From assembly GCA_903857795.1 (NCBI GenBank), contig CAIOGM010000128.1, forward strand, positions 4,857 through 68,856: 64,000 bases of DNA. Direction: 5' to 3'. The translations under genes and the position numbers were made by a program. The number at the start of each line of letters is the position of its first letter. Position 1 is the stretch's first letter. Positions 28,501 to 34,827 of the stretch are shown in pieces. This stretch comes from an uncultured Geobacter sp. (GTDB lineage: Bacteria; Desulfobacterota; Desulfuromonadia; Geobacterales; CAIOGM01). The notes beneath the pieces were generated by a model, which was given only the letters and a program-made list of their open reading frames with translations, had not been told where the DNA came from and ran no database searches.

Positions 28501-29635
28501 GAGCCGGGTTATCCGACTCCAGACCGCCGATCAGGATCGTTCCCCCGTTGTAGGGAAATGATTCGTGCACTTTTTCGGCGGAAGTATCAGGCGGAGTTTC
28601 GGTTCTGCTGTTCACCCCGGTCTGCACGAGCTCGCTGGCCTTGAGCTCTATCTGGCCGTTAACCTTGACTGCGGTTATAGACCTGATGATTCCCTGCTGC
28701 TGAACCGTTCCCCCGTACATCCCCACCAGGCCGTTATCGGCCTCCAGCAGACCGGCTTCTTGATTGACCGCGAGCCCGGGAGCGCCATTAACCCTGGCGA
28801 CCAGCGCCGTTCTCGTGGAATTGCCCGACGTGTCGGTCGCCAGCACCAGGTCGGTTCCGGCCACCAGACCTATTTGTCCCATGGGCGAACTGATGGAACC
28901 GGCATTTTCGACCTTCGGGGCCAGCAGGAAGACCGAGCCGAGTTCATCGGTTCTTATCGTTCCCAGGTTGGATACTGCCGATGACGAATCAAAGGGAACC
29001 GGAACGCCTTGAGCGTCGGTCTGGTAGCTTTCCCCTTTGAAGGTAAGATTAACCGCCGCGGCGGGATTGAGAAAATCACTGTCCGCCATTTTGAAGTTCA
29101 GGGTGGAGGCGATCAGTGAGTGAACAGCTACCTGTGAACCGGCGCCAAAGAGTATCCCGTTCTGGTTGATCAGGTAAACCTTGCCGTCAGCCTGCAACTT
29201 GCCGTAAATCTGTGATGGATTCAGATCATGTATCCGGTTCAAAGCAATCCAGTCGGGCTGCTTTTGCCATACCGGCTGGCTGGTGGCCGGATCGATGTAC
29301 ACCGAGCCATCAGAATTGCTCTTCATTTTCTGCTGTTTGAAATAGACCCAGGAGTTGGCCCCGATGTTGAAGGACTTCCAGTCAATGACAGTCCGGGGCT
29401 GGTTCTGATCGATCACCAGCGAGCTGGGTGAAGCGGTAATGCTGGAAACGCCCGGAATAACAGCTGATTGCGTCAGAGCCGCCGGGTTCTGGGGGACCGG
29501 CAGGACTTGGGAGACCACCGGAGGCAGGGTGCGATTGGCGGCGACAAAATTGGCGGGAACTCCGGCGGCCCCGACGAACAGCGGATTAACGCTGGTCGCT
29601 AGTATGATCACCATGGCGATCAGTTGTCGTTTCAT
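19502..29635 (-). CDS. giant two-partner-secretion exoprotein (TpsA; filamentous-haemagglutinin family), 3377 aa
   Basis: A signal peptide is followed by a TPS secretion domain (VIDWKSFNIGANSWVYFKQ...LNRIHDLNPSQIYGKLQADGKVYLINQNGILFGAGSQV). Beta-helix-type Gly/Ala/Ser/Thr repeats then run for thousands of residues, including AGRDI-type repeats. The gene starts 54 nt downstream of the tpsB stop (29690). Confidence 0.9.
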   Translation of the reverse strand: MKRQLIAMVIILATSVNPLFVGAAGVPANFVAANRTLPPVVSQVLPVPQNPAALTQSAVIPGVSSITASPSSLVIDQNQPRTVIDWKSFNIGANSWVYFKQQKMKSNSDGSVYIDPATSQPVWQKQPDWIALNRIHDLNPSQIYGKLQADGKVYLINQNGILFGAGSQVAVHSLIASTLNFKMADSDFLNPAAAVNLTFKGESYQTDAQGVPVPFDSSSAVSNLGTIRTDELGSVFLLAPKVENAGSISSPMGQIGLVAGTDLVLATDTSGNSTRTALVARVNGAPGLAVNQEAGLLEADNGLVGMYGGTVQQQGIIRSITAVKVNGQIELKASELVQTGVNSRTETPPDTSAEKVHESFPYNGGTILIGGLESDNPALASATVKRIDHQGLISSPSGTVTLKASERALLGAGSTIDVSGVWLDKPASDQMTPVMLSSVVLRDAQQQKNGILLGQTVTVNPLTGSAIGDISGTITSQELTTRERSVNGGAITVSVPTGDIVSSAGSTLNFSGGGVRYGSGEATATWLASGNRGYSISTAPAQMAYNLISSTQNFTNSKYGITKSYSGLYLGGSSSVNNTISNYIEGADAGTATLSAKRVDLYGALDGHVSRGFYQNVAAELTNSLGQQITLGRAEPVAGTFTLGIKPSDDPTVSNSIVDTITVRQTVTPQVHDLPAAGIPQVTEVSSSILNEARLGSLNLYANNVATFESGSHIAMNPGSGLTTGARRIEYRGEISIPGGSVTLKTSDNTTPLPADSAGNPLESLVYIAEGSRISVAGQRTNLVGGGAALQQYLPSAHINGGSVTIADDTDTGKGVIVRSGSSIDAGGGYLVDTMGKVTGGNAGLLALQGDAIIIDGDLHGASLPGKNGGTLVLQAGNVVVVQSAPQTLAATFDASSPLPPDRIGRVVASADGIAASGFSTIDLFGRSSVNVDPGVTLTTSNVKLLLPVSGGVVGGGAGQPRNTVVPLELPTSADYQGSSSLTLAGGVTFAGSSTVATGNLQGIDGMASQFSSVSVGTEATLRSGPGGQINLLTKGQFDLNKLTYAVKPDSNVKFSDHGTIDLSGKLDAPGGKITVLAGGDVTMSSGAEISAAGYIRDTTAASGGTVTPMAAGDVKIIARNGALIIPATARIDVSGASPVETQVVTDTGKPVTLNQGSEPGSVSLTYGGALSLAGLITGKTTVAGGRGAAFTLTSLSETTPLTVDSPYLTALAENGFDAVSLGSKKSILFPASLDLALGRSFSLDAPEIVGGGAYQVSIQAPWVQLANSTQLLAKSGLSGTTRFNILGEWVDVTGQIALSGFSSTTFDLKRDMRLYDRFYATPSDGSANVWLGSLSTGGDLTLKADRIYPGMQTQAGNIDPLYNPGGDLNFIPSAFTFTSEGKITTLPSDVRSEQAIYSAGGSLTLNAKGGIENRGTLAAPLGAINLNTDPVYGSNSRVYLAEGSRLTTAGSALIPYGFVDTDQNLNVTDKSNSAVTGVVVTSAPGKSVTIGGNEIVVREGATIDISGGGSVYSYKFQSGIEGSFNPLTVKGRFVILPDSPVAAPGAAVYLNSGNGVAAGAYSILPEQYAFLPGAMVVTDLGVLGSSGVTTLTKEGYPVVSGFATTAGTSLGAPQLHTYSVRSALDVRREGNFSLNREFVAGEAGTVTVKGTTTILNGTISAQALSGSGGGKVALSGGTIVVAADAAPLPASFAFDTPFDGDLKELKGTLYLASGALAGKGFREIDLGVIDTVNAASSTATVTLKQGSTLSAPVVSLAAVNGVTLESGVIISAIDPKGGGTAGVLTKGVLTIQSDAQIHASDRISLDAVSLDAPGSTPLLVDHGVLGITGDHMNLVSDAYLTAHPGVQAATPGIYLTETFWATVNGFGSLELKSRNDLKFLGDVTLALKKDANQNEIPLSLTLDAARIGVLDPGAQGVNVSVTKLTLMNSGSASTLVAPDSSGAAGRLNLAAVDATIALNAADVSGPPKERKGDLIFNGFGTVNFAVTNDLALAGAGRVMTGGADLSLTAARVVTTYFSDAAIPYRAAGFIVDAGTAGTVTISRSAGTAGSSATPGGSLQVLARNIEQTGTVQSSAGQVSYTAQGTIDLKSGAEILARGVEYSAGQDGVKPTDPGGKVLLVATVGAVNVDQGARIDVSAAGGGDAGSINLSASVGGVTLKGELTGTADGGGKGGSLTLQTTDLSGFANDFSTLNSTLLVRGGFTEAIDIRTRTASSLTVAAGETVKARSVVLAVDGGDLNIRGTIDASGVTGGRVELYAGKNLNVYGELDAHATGADALGGEVVLGAGSFDSSGNPTGRLTIAGGSVNVSGAGAGKGGTVTLRAPRSATAMNADLNGSIVGAGQVIAEAYKSYDQTSVTATTIAALRRDTQNFMNFAGAEAQRLDSGLLLKGGGASSVHLQPGIELRSSGDLTVTAPWDLTSWRYAGESGSLTLRAAGKLALKSSISDAPTPATTLVAATAQPSWNYTFVAGSDLAAANPLVTQIVSHPAQEGVLTTGVNETIYTESGNVRFASGGDTIISAGKPAGYMLDASTFMRYSLATYRGAIEGQVGGSLSFQGATGVQAALQSATGSISLGIGGELNLLAGVGNGAIRTTGEYNQASTSSTRTKEFWDFTGGGDISVTLGGSVTGSLDKNAWDMVTQRRTTAGADYYWSPAYATGSGQYATAGLATMGGGNLSLKSGGDISGQVGVFGSGNLTVSSGGDLNGRFLSGLGSGTLHSASSVGNANGTVLEALHSGRIDLIAQGDVKIATIADPSVAGDKALTYKAWNLKYGADTAVGITSMTGDISLTGQADPGIYSSTTAWSTRLLPPTLVMTAARDITIENSFYLAPSATGTLILSAGRDLDGSSFVQTGNGPVPFKGSIVMGDGDPALVYGVQSRTSYPNANQFSAQTHAAALVAQRSADTAQLTAGRDIKNVQIALARSSGITAGRDISNLLYSGQNNRADEVSSIKAGRDISFSSAGGQLDTLEAGFQLGGPGSLTIQAGNSIDFGSSKGVQTFGNFYNLGFGAKGSDVTIVAGLGDDINVALGALKDSGSFTALTPDQAPAAVSMEQRFFDTLRGYGQKASDLSSSGDTAGAKTQIETARTKLIKPLFSTTGEATGTINMTSSQISTNSGADAINIFAGGVINVGKSTLILDKSKATSQQQSTGIYTANGGQINMLSVGNMNVNESRVMTFRGGDITMWSDQGGINAGRGSRTAINAQPPKLVRSNPNDPNSPLVVQFTPPAVGSGIAAKWYNKGLAPETPMMGNIYPFAPSGFIDAGEAGISGNKIAYYAPTLLNAGNFTAASGPAPSAGGPGVSLGTLSGTGSMSQATKSMEQSTTMAASGEQGASLKKRLMDDLVASWLDVKIISFDTPEQTEPQDGPLEKKRR

Positions 29636-29689
29636 AGTTCGAATTCCTTTGCCAGGACCGGAAATGACGTTCCCGGCAGGAGCTGATTT

Positions 29690-31390
29690 CTAGAATGAAT
29701 ACTTGACGAAGAAATGGATCCGATTCCTACCGTTGGCCGTGGAACTGGTGCTCTTCAGGGCATGTCCCAGGTCAAGCTCATAGTCTAAAATCCCCCATGC
29801 TCCGCCACGCATCCCAAGGCCTATTCCCTGGAGATCAAACCGGCGCGTCTGCCCGGGAAGCGGGTCTATGACCTCCAACCACGCTCCTTGATAAAAGAGG
29901 TAGGGGGTGCATCGCAGTTTGTCCTTGTAGCGACCGTATTGGAACAGTTCGGGAGAACGCAGTTCCGTACTCACATGAAACGAATTATCGCCCATTATTT
30001 CACTTTCATGGTACCCGCGGACGTTGTCTACCCCGCCTGCCGAGTACTGTTCATTGGAAATAAGCGGTTGGTCGGAAAGTTGTCCGTCGACTTTCGCATA
30101 CCACACCATATCCGCGGGCAGGTTCTGAGTCCGTTCCACACCGAGCGTCGCATAGATGTAGTTGCCATGAGCGTTATAACGCTTGTTCTCGAAATTCGAT
30201 TCGGTGGTTAATCCCCGAAACGAAAGATCAACCGCCCCGCTGAACTGGGTGTAGCCGCCGGTGTCCATAAGGGTAAGCCCATAGGCTAGAGAAAACGGAA
30301 CATAGGTAATTGGGGATGTGGTATTCGAGGAACCTCCCGAAAGGCCGGTCTCATCCTTGAAATCCTTATAATCAAGCCCCAGGCTCAGGTACTGGGTTAC
30401 AGTCGGATACTGCGGGAGCGTCGACTGATATCTCAGGCCAATAACACTGCCGTTGCCGATAGCCTTGAAACCCTCGCCAAAGGCGGTATTGCTCTTGTTA
30501 TAGATGCCGTAGAGGGCCAGACGATCCTGATCCCGACCGGGAATCGGGAGTGAATAGGCTGCGGAAACCGCCTGAACTTCATTGAGATCTTCGGGTGATG
30601 TCTGATACTGGATGCTGATTGCATGCTTTTTTTGCCAGAGGTTGTCGTAGCGGAGAGTTCCGTTGAATCGCAGGTCCGTGGTTCCCGCGGTATAGCGGTT
30701 GTTGAGTTCCGCACTGCCATGAAACGGCAGACGGTCCTCAACCTTCAGTTCCACATCCACAGTCCCCACCTCCCTGCCGGGAATGAGATTCGGCACGACC
30801 TTTATGTCGGGCGAGGAATTGATCAGATTGATGTCATTCTGGACTTTCGGCAGGTGAATGATTTCTCCGGGCGCCAGGGAAGGAAGGTCTGCAAGGATCT
30901 GCTCAGTGGAAAAGTAGTCGTTGCCGCTTACGGTGACTTTGTTGATCGTGCTTTCGATGACCTGAAACTTGACGATGCCGTCTTCGAGGGATTGCTCAGG
31001 AATGCTGACGAATACCGTCGGAAATCCCTTTTCGTGGTAAAATTTCTCCAGTGCGTCACGGGCTTTTTCCACATCGGCCGCCGTCTTGCCGGGTCCGGTA
31101 AATTCATGCAGCGAGATGCGATCCTGTTTGTCCGGAAAGAGCGTGTTCCCTTCCACCATGAATCCGTTGATCTCGAAGGTCGCGCTTTCGTCCGCCGCCG
31201 GTTCTGGCGGATCACCGGCCTGAGTCGGGATTTCCGCCGCTTCACCGCTCTGGGATGGCGGTTCTGCTGCGTCACCGGCCAGAGATTGCAGTTCTGCCGC
31301 CATCGGGTGCTCCGGCCGGATAATTCCCACCGATATCGTTATCAGGAACGCTACTAAAGCTCTGCGCAGTACGCCGGATTGAATAGTCAT
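29690..31390 (-). CDS. ShlB/FhaC/HecB-family TpsB outer-membrane transporter (POTRA + 16-strand barrel)
   Basis: 566 aa. POTRA-like segments are FEINGFMVEGNTLF...KARDALEKFYHEKGFPTVFVSIPEQSLEDGIVKFQVIES and VTVSGNDYFSTEQI. A ShlB-type barrel follows, ending in FFVKYSF. Confidence 0.85.
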   Translation of the reverse strand: MTIQSGVLRRALVAFLITISVGIIRPEHPMAAELQSLAGDAAEPPSQSGEAAEIPTQAGDPPEPAADESATFEINGFMVEGNTLFPDKQDRISLHEFTGPGKTAADVEKARDALEKFYHEKGFPTVFVSIPEQSLEDGIVKFQVIESTINKVTVSGNDYFSTEQILADLPSLAPGEIIHLPKVQNDINLINSSPDIKVVPNLIPGREVGTVDVELKVEDRLPFHGSAELNNRYTAGTTDLRFNGTLRYDNLWQKKHAISIQYQTSPEDLNEVQAVSAAYSLPIPGRDQDRLALYGIYNKSNTAFGEGFKAIGNGSVIGLRYQSTLPQYPTVTQYLSLGLDYKDFKDETGLSGGSSNTTSPITYVPFSLAYGLTLMDTGGYTQFSGAVDLSFRGLTTESNFENKRYNAHGNYIYATLGVERTQNLPADMVWYAKVDGQLSDQPLISNEQYSAGGVDNVRGYHESEIMGDNSFHVSTELRSPELFQYGRYKDKLRCTPYLFYQGAWLEVIDPLPGQTRRFDLQGIGLGMRGGAWGILDYELDLGHALKSTSSTANGRNRIHFFVKYSF

Positions 31391-31445
31391 ATTAACCTTA
31401 ATTTTTTTAATTATCGTTTAATTGCTCGACATATAAAAACACCGG

Positions 31446-32237
31446 TTACAACACACCGATATCACACGTCAGCTCTTCTCCGGCAAACGGCTTCGTAAAA
31501 TCAATTGTGAACGTCCGGTCGGTTACCGAGACGATGCGGCCAAGAAGAGGACCGGTTCGGACAATTGACCCTTCCTGCACTCCGATAACAATCTCATAGG
31601 TGTCTTTCCCTTCCCTGATGACCCCTGTTCCAAAAGGTGTCTCCACTTCGGTCCCCGGAGTAGCCTTGAACCTGATCACAATTCCGGTATCGGTAATCTC
31701 TGTCACAGCGCCGGGAATCGCCGGATCCAGGATAACTGCCGCACCAATTTCGGGGTTTTTCCCGAATCGGCTCGAAAACTCCTCACGAGTCAATTTCATC
31801 TCCCTGGGACGTTGCCGAACTCTGGCCATGGGAAGAAGTCGCGGCTTGCCGTCGGGACCGGGTATTGGATCGGCCGTGATCGAGATCCGTTTTGTTTCCC
31901 CCGGGGACATTCCGACGAGAGACCGGGCAGCCCCGTTCGCCAGTTCAACATCCAGGTCCCCCCGCGACCCCATGTCTCTCACTGCGTTCCCTGCGGTGAG
32001 ATGCAGTGGGCCATTCTCCTTGCGCGGCAGATAGAGACTGGAACGTTCCGACGTTGCAATTGACTCATCCGTGGTCATGAGAACTTTGCCATCGGGCATC
32101 CGGCAAGTGAGTTGCACGGAAACTGCGGAGTCATCCCTGACGACGGCCCGACTCCCCGCTGAACACCCGGACAGGACAGAGAACACGAACAGGACACCGA
32201 GCGCCTTGAATGCGCCATGGCAAATTTCTACTCTCAT
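31446..32237 (-). CDS. FKBP-type (SlyD-like) peptidyl-prolyl isomerase-like lipoprotein
   Basis: I prefer the ATG at 32237 (GAGG 7 nt upstream), which gives MRVEICHGAFKALGVLFVFSVLSGC|S with a lipobox. The track ORF starts at a TTG at 32258. FKBP-like landmarks are VSVQLTCRMPDGKVL, LVGMSPGETKRISI and the C-terminal IDFTKPFAGEELTCDIGVL (compare DxNHPLAGKxLxF in SlyD-type FKBPs). Confidence 0.5.
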   Translation of the reverse strand: MRVEICHGAFKALGVLFVFSVLSGCSAGSRAVVRDDSAVSVQLTCRMPDGKVLMTTDESIATSERSSLYLPRKENGPLHLTAGNAVRDMGSRGDLDVELANGAARSLVGMSPGETKRISITADPIPGPDGKPRLLPMARVRQRPREMKLTREEFSSRFGKNPEIGAAVILDPAIPGAVTEITDTGIVIRFKATPGTEVETPFGTGVIREGKDTYEIVIGVQEGSIVRTGPLLGRIVSVTDRTFTIDFTKPFAGEELTCDIGVL

Positions 32238-32563
32238 TCTTGACCTCGCTTGTATCAATTTGCAACGGCAGGCTATCAGATGATTGTTACGATTCGGCGC
32301 AGATTAGATGGAAGTTTTGAAAATATCCTGATTTCTCATGAATTCGTCAAAAAAGGCGGCAATGGATTCATTGGGAGGATCGATTCGAGCAGTTGCCGCA
32401 CCCGGCACCTCTCCACGGGATATAACCAGACCCGGCATCAGAAAAGGCAGTACCCCATGGCGGCCGCCGGAAAAAAGTATTGGATCAATTTCAGGATTTA
32501 GAACAGTTTGGAGCCTAGAACAGCAAAAAGGACCTACCCAATCGGATAAGTCCTCGTTTTTAC

Positions 32564-32613
32564 TGGAGCGGGAAACAGGATTCGAACCCGCGACCCTTAG
32601 CTTGGGAAGCTGA
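32564..32613 (-). pseudogene. orphan 3' fragment of tRNA-Gly(CCC): anticodon arm, variable loop, T-arm, acceptor 3' strand and CCA; no D-arm or 5' acceptor strand
   Basis: The minus strand reads TCAGC-TTCCCAA-GCTAA GG GTCGCGGGTTCGAATCCTGTTTCCCGCTCCA. The T-loop is TTCGAAT, the acceptor 3' strand TTCCCGC needs a 5' GCGGGAA, and the anticodon is CCC. The 30 nt upstream (AGATAGTTGATATCACCAATATACCCT) has no GCGGGAA and no D-arm. A weak hairpin plus T5 follows downstream. Confidence 0.7.
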
Positions 32614-32659
32614 AGGGTATATTGGTGATATCAACTATCTGGCCTACCCACCAAATGGA

Positions 32660-34489
32660 CTACTCCACGGTAACCGATTTCGCCAGGTTACGGGGCTGGT
32701 CCACGTCGGTCCCCTTGAGGACCGCCACATGATAGGCCAGCAACTGGAGCGGGACGGAGAGAAGGATGGGGGCCAGCTCTTCACTGCAGGGGGAGATATG
32801 AAGGACCACTTCGGCCTTGTTCCGGACCGTCCCGTTCCCTTCGGTACAGACGGCGATGACCCTCCCCCCTCGGGCAATGACCTCCTCCATGTTGGAGACG
32901 ACCTTGTCGTAATGCCGGTCCTTGGGAACCAGGACCACCACCGGCATATTCTCGTCGATGAGGGCGATGGGGCCGTGCTTCATCTCACCGGCCGGATACC
33001 CCTCCGCATGGATGTAGGAGATCTCCTTGAGCTTCAAGGCCCCCTCCAGGGCAATGGGGTAGTTGATCCCCCGGGCCAGGTAGAGGAAGTCGTGGGCATG
33101 CATGTAGTTCCTGGCCACCGCCTCCACGGCGCTGTTCATCTCCAGAGTCTTCTCCAAAAGCCCCGGAATCTGTACCAGGTCGGCGATCATTGCCGCCCCC
33201 TTTACCCGGTCGACGGCGCCGATGGCCCGGCCGAAACGGATGGTGAAGAGGTAGAGGGCCGCCAACTGGGTGACAAAGGCCTTGGTGGAGGCGACCCCGA
33301 TCTCCGGTCCGGCATGGGTATACACCACGCCATGCGACTCCCGGGCGATGGATGAATCAACCACGTTGCAGATGGCCACGTTCTTGGCCCCGAGCTTCTT
33401 CCCCTCCCGCATGGCCGCCAGGGTGTCGGCGGTCTCCCCCGACTGGGAGATAAGAATCATGAGAGTGGTGTCGGTGATGACCGGATTGCGGTAACGGAAC
33501 TCGGAGGCGATGTCCACCTCAACGGGAACCCGACAGTTGGCCTCAATGAGGAATTTCCCCACCAGCCCGGCGTGCCAGGAGGTGCCGCAGGCGATGATGA
33601 CCACCCGGGTAATGGCCTGCAACTCCAGGTCGCTCAGCTTCAGATCTTCCAGGAAGACATCCCCCGCCGTTTCATTGAGCCGACCGGCGATGGTATCCCG
33701 GATGGCCCGGGGCTGTTCGTAGATCTCCTTGAGCATGAAGTGGCGATACCCCCCCTTTTCAGCCATGAGGGGGGACCAGTCGATGTGGCGGCTCTGCTTC
33801 TCCAGGGGCGCCCCGGCAATGGTGGAGAAGGCCACCGAGCCCCGGTGAAATACCGCCATCTCGCCGTCTTCCATGAAGACCATCTCCCTGGTGTGGGAGA
33901 GGATTGCCGGGATATCCGACGCGACGAAATATTCCCCAACACCCAGTCCCACCACCATGGGTGAGCCCTGCTTCGCGGCGATGAGGGTATCCTTGTCGTC
34001 TTCACAGAGGATGCAGACCGCGTAAGCCCCCTTGAGCTCCGCCAGCGCCTCCCGTACCGCCTGCTCGAAGTTGCGGCACTCCCGGTACTTCTCCTCCACC
34101 AGATGGGAGATGACCTCGGTGTCGGTCTCGCTCTTGAAGAGATGCCCCGTGGCGCTGAGGAGCTCTTTCAGCTCCAGGTAGTTCTCAATGATCCCGTTGT
34201 GAACCACGATGATGGAGCCCGCCTTGTGAGGGTGGGCGTTGGTCTCTGAAGGTCTGCCGTGGGTTGCCCAACGGGTATGACCGATCCCCAGAGAGCCGGT
34301 GAGCGGCTGCAGGGTGAGCAGCTTTTCCAGGTTGAAGAGCTTTCCCTCGCTCCTGAGGATCTCGGCGCAGCCCGACTCCACGGTGCAGATACCGGCCGAG
34401 TCATAGCCGCGGTACTCAAGACGCTTGAGTCCGTCAAGGATGATAGGAGGCGCTTCCTGATTACCGATGAAACCGACTATGCCGCACAT
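32660..34489 (-). CDS. glmS: glutamine--fructose-6-phosphate aminotransferase (isomerising)
   Basis: The true start is MCGIVGFIG (N-terminal nucleophile Cys) with GGAGGA 5 nt upstream. The track ORF is extended 12 codons to an upstream GTG. Canonical C-terminus: [13 protein letters not shown]. Confidence 0.95.
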   Translation of the reverse strand: MCGIVGFIGNQEAPPIILDGLKRLEYRGYDSAGICTVESGCAEILRSEGKLFNLEKLLTLQPLTGSLGIGHTRWATHGRPSETNAHPHKAGSIIVVHNGIIENYLELKELLSATGHLFKSETDTEVISHLVEEKYRECRNFEQAVREALAELKGAYAVCILCEDDKDTLIAAKQGSPMVVGLGVGEYFVASDIPAILSHTREMVFMEDGEMAVFHRGSVAFSTIAGAPLEKQSRHIDWSPLMAEKGGYRHFMLKEIYEQPRAIRDTIAGRLNETAGDVFLEDLKLSDLELQAITRVVIIACGTSWHAGLVGKFLIEANCRVPVEVDIASEFRYRNPVITDTTLMILISQSGETADTLAAMREGKKLGAKNVAICNVVDSSIARESHGVVYTHAGPEIGVASTKAFVTQLAALYLFTIRFGRAIGAVDRVKGAAMIADLVQIPGLLEKTLEMNSAVEAVARNYMHAHDFLYLARGINYPIALEGALKLKEISYIHAEGYPAGEMKHGPIALIDENMPVVVLVPKDRHYDKVVSNMEEVIARGGRVIAVCTEGNGTVRNKAEVVLHISPCSEELAPILLSVPLQLLAYHVAVLKGTDVDQPRNLAKSVTVE

Positions 34490-34500
34490 GTATCCTCCGG

Positions 34501-34528
34501 GCGCTGGGCGCTGGACACTGGGCACTGG
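34501..34528. repeat. 4 tandem heptanucleotides GCGCTGG GCGCTGG ACACTGG GCACTGG
   Basis: Read directly. It lies in the glmS leader, 12 nt upstream of the glmS ATG. The reverse complement is CCAGTGC CCAGTGT CCAGCGC CCAGCGC, so it is inverted relative to the array at 34800. Confidence 0.85.
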
Positions 34529-34565
34529 GAAGAACCCAGGCCCGTTCCGGGCACCTTCATGCGAG

Positions 34566-34790
34566 TTATTTACCGAGTCGTGTCACAATGAATTTGCCGA
34601 GCATGGCTGAAAGCTCATTGCCGGCAGCCTCTATCTGCTCATATCGTTCGTCAGTTATGAAGCCTACCGCATGGGCAATGTCTGTCTGCGTCAGCAACTC
34701 GCTGAGGGAACCCTTTGAGATACGCAGGTAACGGACAGCTTCAGGATCGGTATCCCGCTCGTACCTCTCAGCAATATTGCCCGGCGCCAA
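34566..34790 (-). pseudogene. 5'-truncated four-helix-bundle protein gene (23S rRNA intervening-sequence protein family)
   Basis: The 74-aa ORF has a TTG start. NIAERYERDTDPEAVRYLRISKGSLSELLTQTDIAHAVGFITDERYEQIEAAGNELSAMLGKFI matches the C-terminal ~60% of the family (NIAEG..R...FL.IA.GS..EL.TQL.IA..LGYI). The N-terminal ~50 aa is absent, and only 23 nt separate it from the glmU stop. Confidence 0.6.
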
Positions 34791-34799
34791 GGTTTCTTA

Positions 34800-34827
34800 C
34801 CAGCGCCTAGCGCCTAGTGCCCAGAGC
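34800..34827. repeat. 4 tandem heptanucleotides CCAGCGC CTAGCGC CTAGTGC CCAGAGC
   Basis: Read directly. It overlaps the last codons and the TAG stop of glmU (…GGC TCT GGG CAC TAG on the minus strand) and is inverted relative to the 34501 array. Confidence 0.85.

Noticed and set aside
32259-32563. Integrase/excisionase remnant next to the tRNA fragment (e.g. 47-aa minus-strand ORF MPGLVISRGEVPGAATARIDPPNESIAAFFDEFMRNQDIFKTSI)
   Set aside because: It has no RBS, no recognisable recombinase or HTH motif, and is short. I cannot support it as a gene, so the region is reported only as non-coding spacer.
32338-32613. 91-aa plus-strand ORF covering the tRNA-Gly fragment, and the 140-aa ORF at 48541..48963 covering tRNA-Ser
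   Set aside because: These are translations of the tRNA complement (…GFEPATLSLGS, …GIRTLDTGFP…), a known ORF-caller artefact.
34490-34525. 12-codon upstream extension of glmS from a GTG inside the heptad array
   Set aside because: GlmS requires Cys as the first residue after Met removal (MCGIVG). A GGAGGA RBS precedes that ATG, and the extension is simply the heptad array read through.
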